64,000 bases of DNA. It comes from Podarcis tiliguerta (taxonomy: Eukaryota). The position numbers and the translations under genes are program-made. Shown one piece after another: positions 62,451 through 64,000 of the stretch. Numbering within the stretch: position 1 is the first letter of the stretch; every line of letters begins with the position of its first letter. Below the pieces are notes generated by a model that was given only the letters and a program-made list of their open reading frames with translations, made no database searches and was not told the DNA's origin. The DNA lies in the NCBI GenBank assembly GCA_965153285.1, contig OZ229120.1; one strand, 5' to 3'.

Positions 62451-64000
62451 AATAGGTAAAACTCAGTACTGCTAGACTAAGCCCCAAATGTTGCAGAATT
62501 CCAATTTCCTACATATGTAGCTACCGCTTGTTCTGCAAATTCCTCCCTCTGATCACCTATTCCAGCTGTGCCTGCAGCTTAAACTAAGGGGTGTGATCAG
62601 CTCTGCTAGTGTTTAGTCAGACAGTCAAATAATTTGAAACTCCAGATCACCTCATCAACATAAGAATACCTGCCTGCCTTGTGTGATGGTAAAGGCCATG
62701 ACCTATTTGATGCCCGCTGGTTGGATCTGGAATCCTTCAGAAAGGACGGGATGGAAAAATCAGATGCAATAAAAGATAACAGAAAAATTGTTTGGTTTCC
62801 ATAACCCCTTGGTCCAAACAAGCTACTCTTATAACTTTGACTTTCCCAATATGTACTTAAATTGGTGCTGGTTTTACTTGGGACAGTAAGGAATTAATCA
62901 TGCCCATCTTCAAAGCCATGTCTCTTCACAAATTTTACAACCCTGTTTCTAGGGGCTGTCACTCAAATTAAAAATGTCTTGTTTCTTGTGTTAAATGCAG
63001 AATTAGCCATATTAACATTTTCTTCAAAGTATTAATAACTAAAAGACACTCTAAGCATCACTTTTGAAAGCAGCCTTGATCTATCATAATGCAGCAATCG
63101 TTCCTGATCTCACATTAAGGCAATTGACATCAAAAGCAGCACTGTATGGTTCTGAATTAACTTGCAGTAGCCATTCTGAGTTCAGCATTGAGAGATCACA
63201 TTTGGACTTGTGTTAGTCTCTCTGGGACTGTGGGTTTGCAAACTATTGAATACATTACTCTGATTCTTGCAAGGAGCTTTTTCTCTCTCGTCAAATATAA
63301 TATACATAACAGTGATCAATTTATTGAGTATTCCAAGTATAACACAAAGTCATATTGAAGGCAGTTCTTAACTTTATTAACTGTTTAGGAACATAAACTA
63401 AATTAGATTTCTCTCTTTACTAAAATGCCCCTGGATTTAGGGAACTTGTACTGAAATATATAGATAAATGTTCTAAGAATGGGTTTACAAAATAACACAA
63501 TGGAAATATATTTGCTGGGATTTTCTGAATCTAACGAGGTTATGTAATTATTTATTATAGAATTAAACATTTCAATTACTGTATGTCCAAGCTCTGGACA
63601 AGGACATTTTAAAACTATAGCCCTGGAATATTAAAGAGAATATTAAAAATGAACTGCTTGTTAAAAATAATGCTCTGCCCATCTCTAGTCACGATAATGT
63701 TTCCTTAACACACACACACACACAAAAGGTCAGCACTAAGTTTGCCCTTGTTTGCTTTCTTTCCCATCAGTTGCATTCTGACACTTTTGCCAAAGGTACA
63801 CATTTCCCACAATTTCAGATGTCCGCTTATGTCCTTAGTTGGCACTTAAGTTCCATATTCCAAGTGATCAACTTTCTGATATATAAGCACAGTGGCTTAG
63901 TTCGAATGTGATGCTAACCCAAATTATGGTCTAGCACAAGAATGCAAGCATGTAGAGAGATCACTGTCACTTTGCCACTTTGTTCCCCTCTGACAGTTTT

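Larger units (their letters stand above)
1..64000 (+). other. MCTP1: Internal portion of the MCTP1 gene (both ends outside the window); includes a 33,161-bp intron at 15219-48379
   Basis: Six phase-compatible exons splice to [69 protein letters not shown]-[gap]-VKASFRTLMPKEQKYIEEENRISKQ-LLLRNFMRMKRCVMVLVNAAYYINSCFDWDSPPRSLAAFV-LFLFVTWNFELYMIPLTLLLLLVWNYFLIISGKDNRQRDT-VVEDMLEDEEEEDDRDDK. This matches vertebrate MCTP1 as I recall it; [11 protein letters not shown] is MCTP1-type, whereas MCTP2 has FDEDGDKPPDF. Confidence 0.96.

Overview
Vertebrate genomic DNA from a squamate reptile; the repeat landscape suggests a lacertid lizard (inference). The whole window lies inside one + strand gene, MCTP1 (multiple C2 and transmembrane domain protein 1). 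Six coding exons with canonical AG/GT boundaries and compatible phases are readable: 9054-9156, 12606-12708, 13456-13530, 15099-15218, 48380-48499 and 59369-59422. They encode most of the third C2 domain, the linker, the first hydrophobic/TM segment and the acidic loop. One expected ~102-nt exon is missing and probably lies in the 476-N assembly gap (12789-13264). The rest is intron. It contains L2, CR1, RTE and BovB LINE fragments, a solo LTR, a Penelope-like fold-back, several hAT and Tc1/pogo MITEs with target-site duplications (TSDs), microsatellites, and TE-poor motif-dense stretches that look like conserved non-coding elements. Almost all ORFs in the supplied track are spurious or TE-derived. 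I found no new protein-coding system. The best leads are: (1) an L2 LINE with a twin-priming-type 5' inversion; (2) candidate long-range NR2F1 enhancers in MCTP1 introns; (3) degenerate hammerhead-ribozyme cores in the Penelope fold-back; (4) a fish/amphibian-type Tc1 IR/DR end. Repeat-family names and orthologue comparisons come from recall and were not checked by database search.
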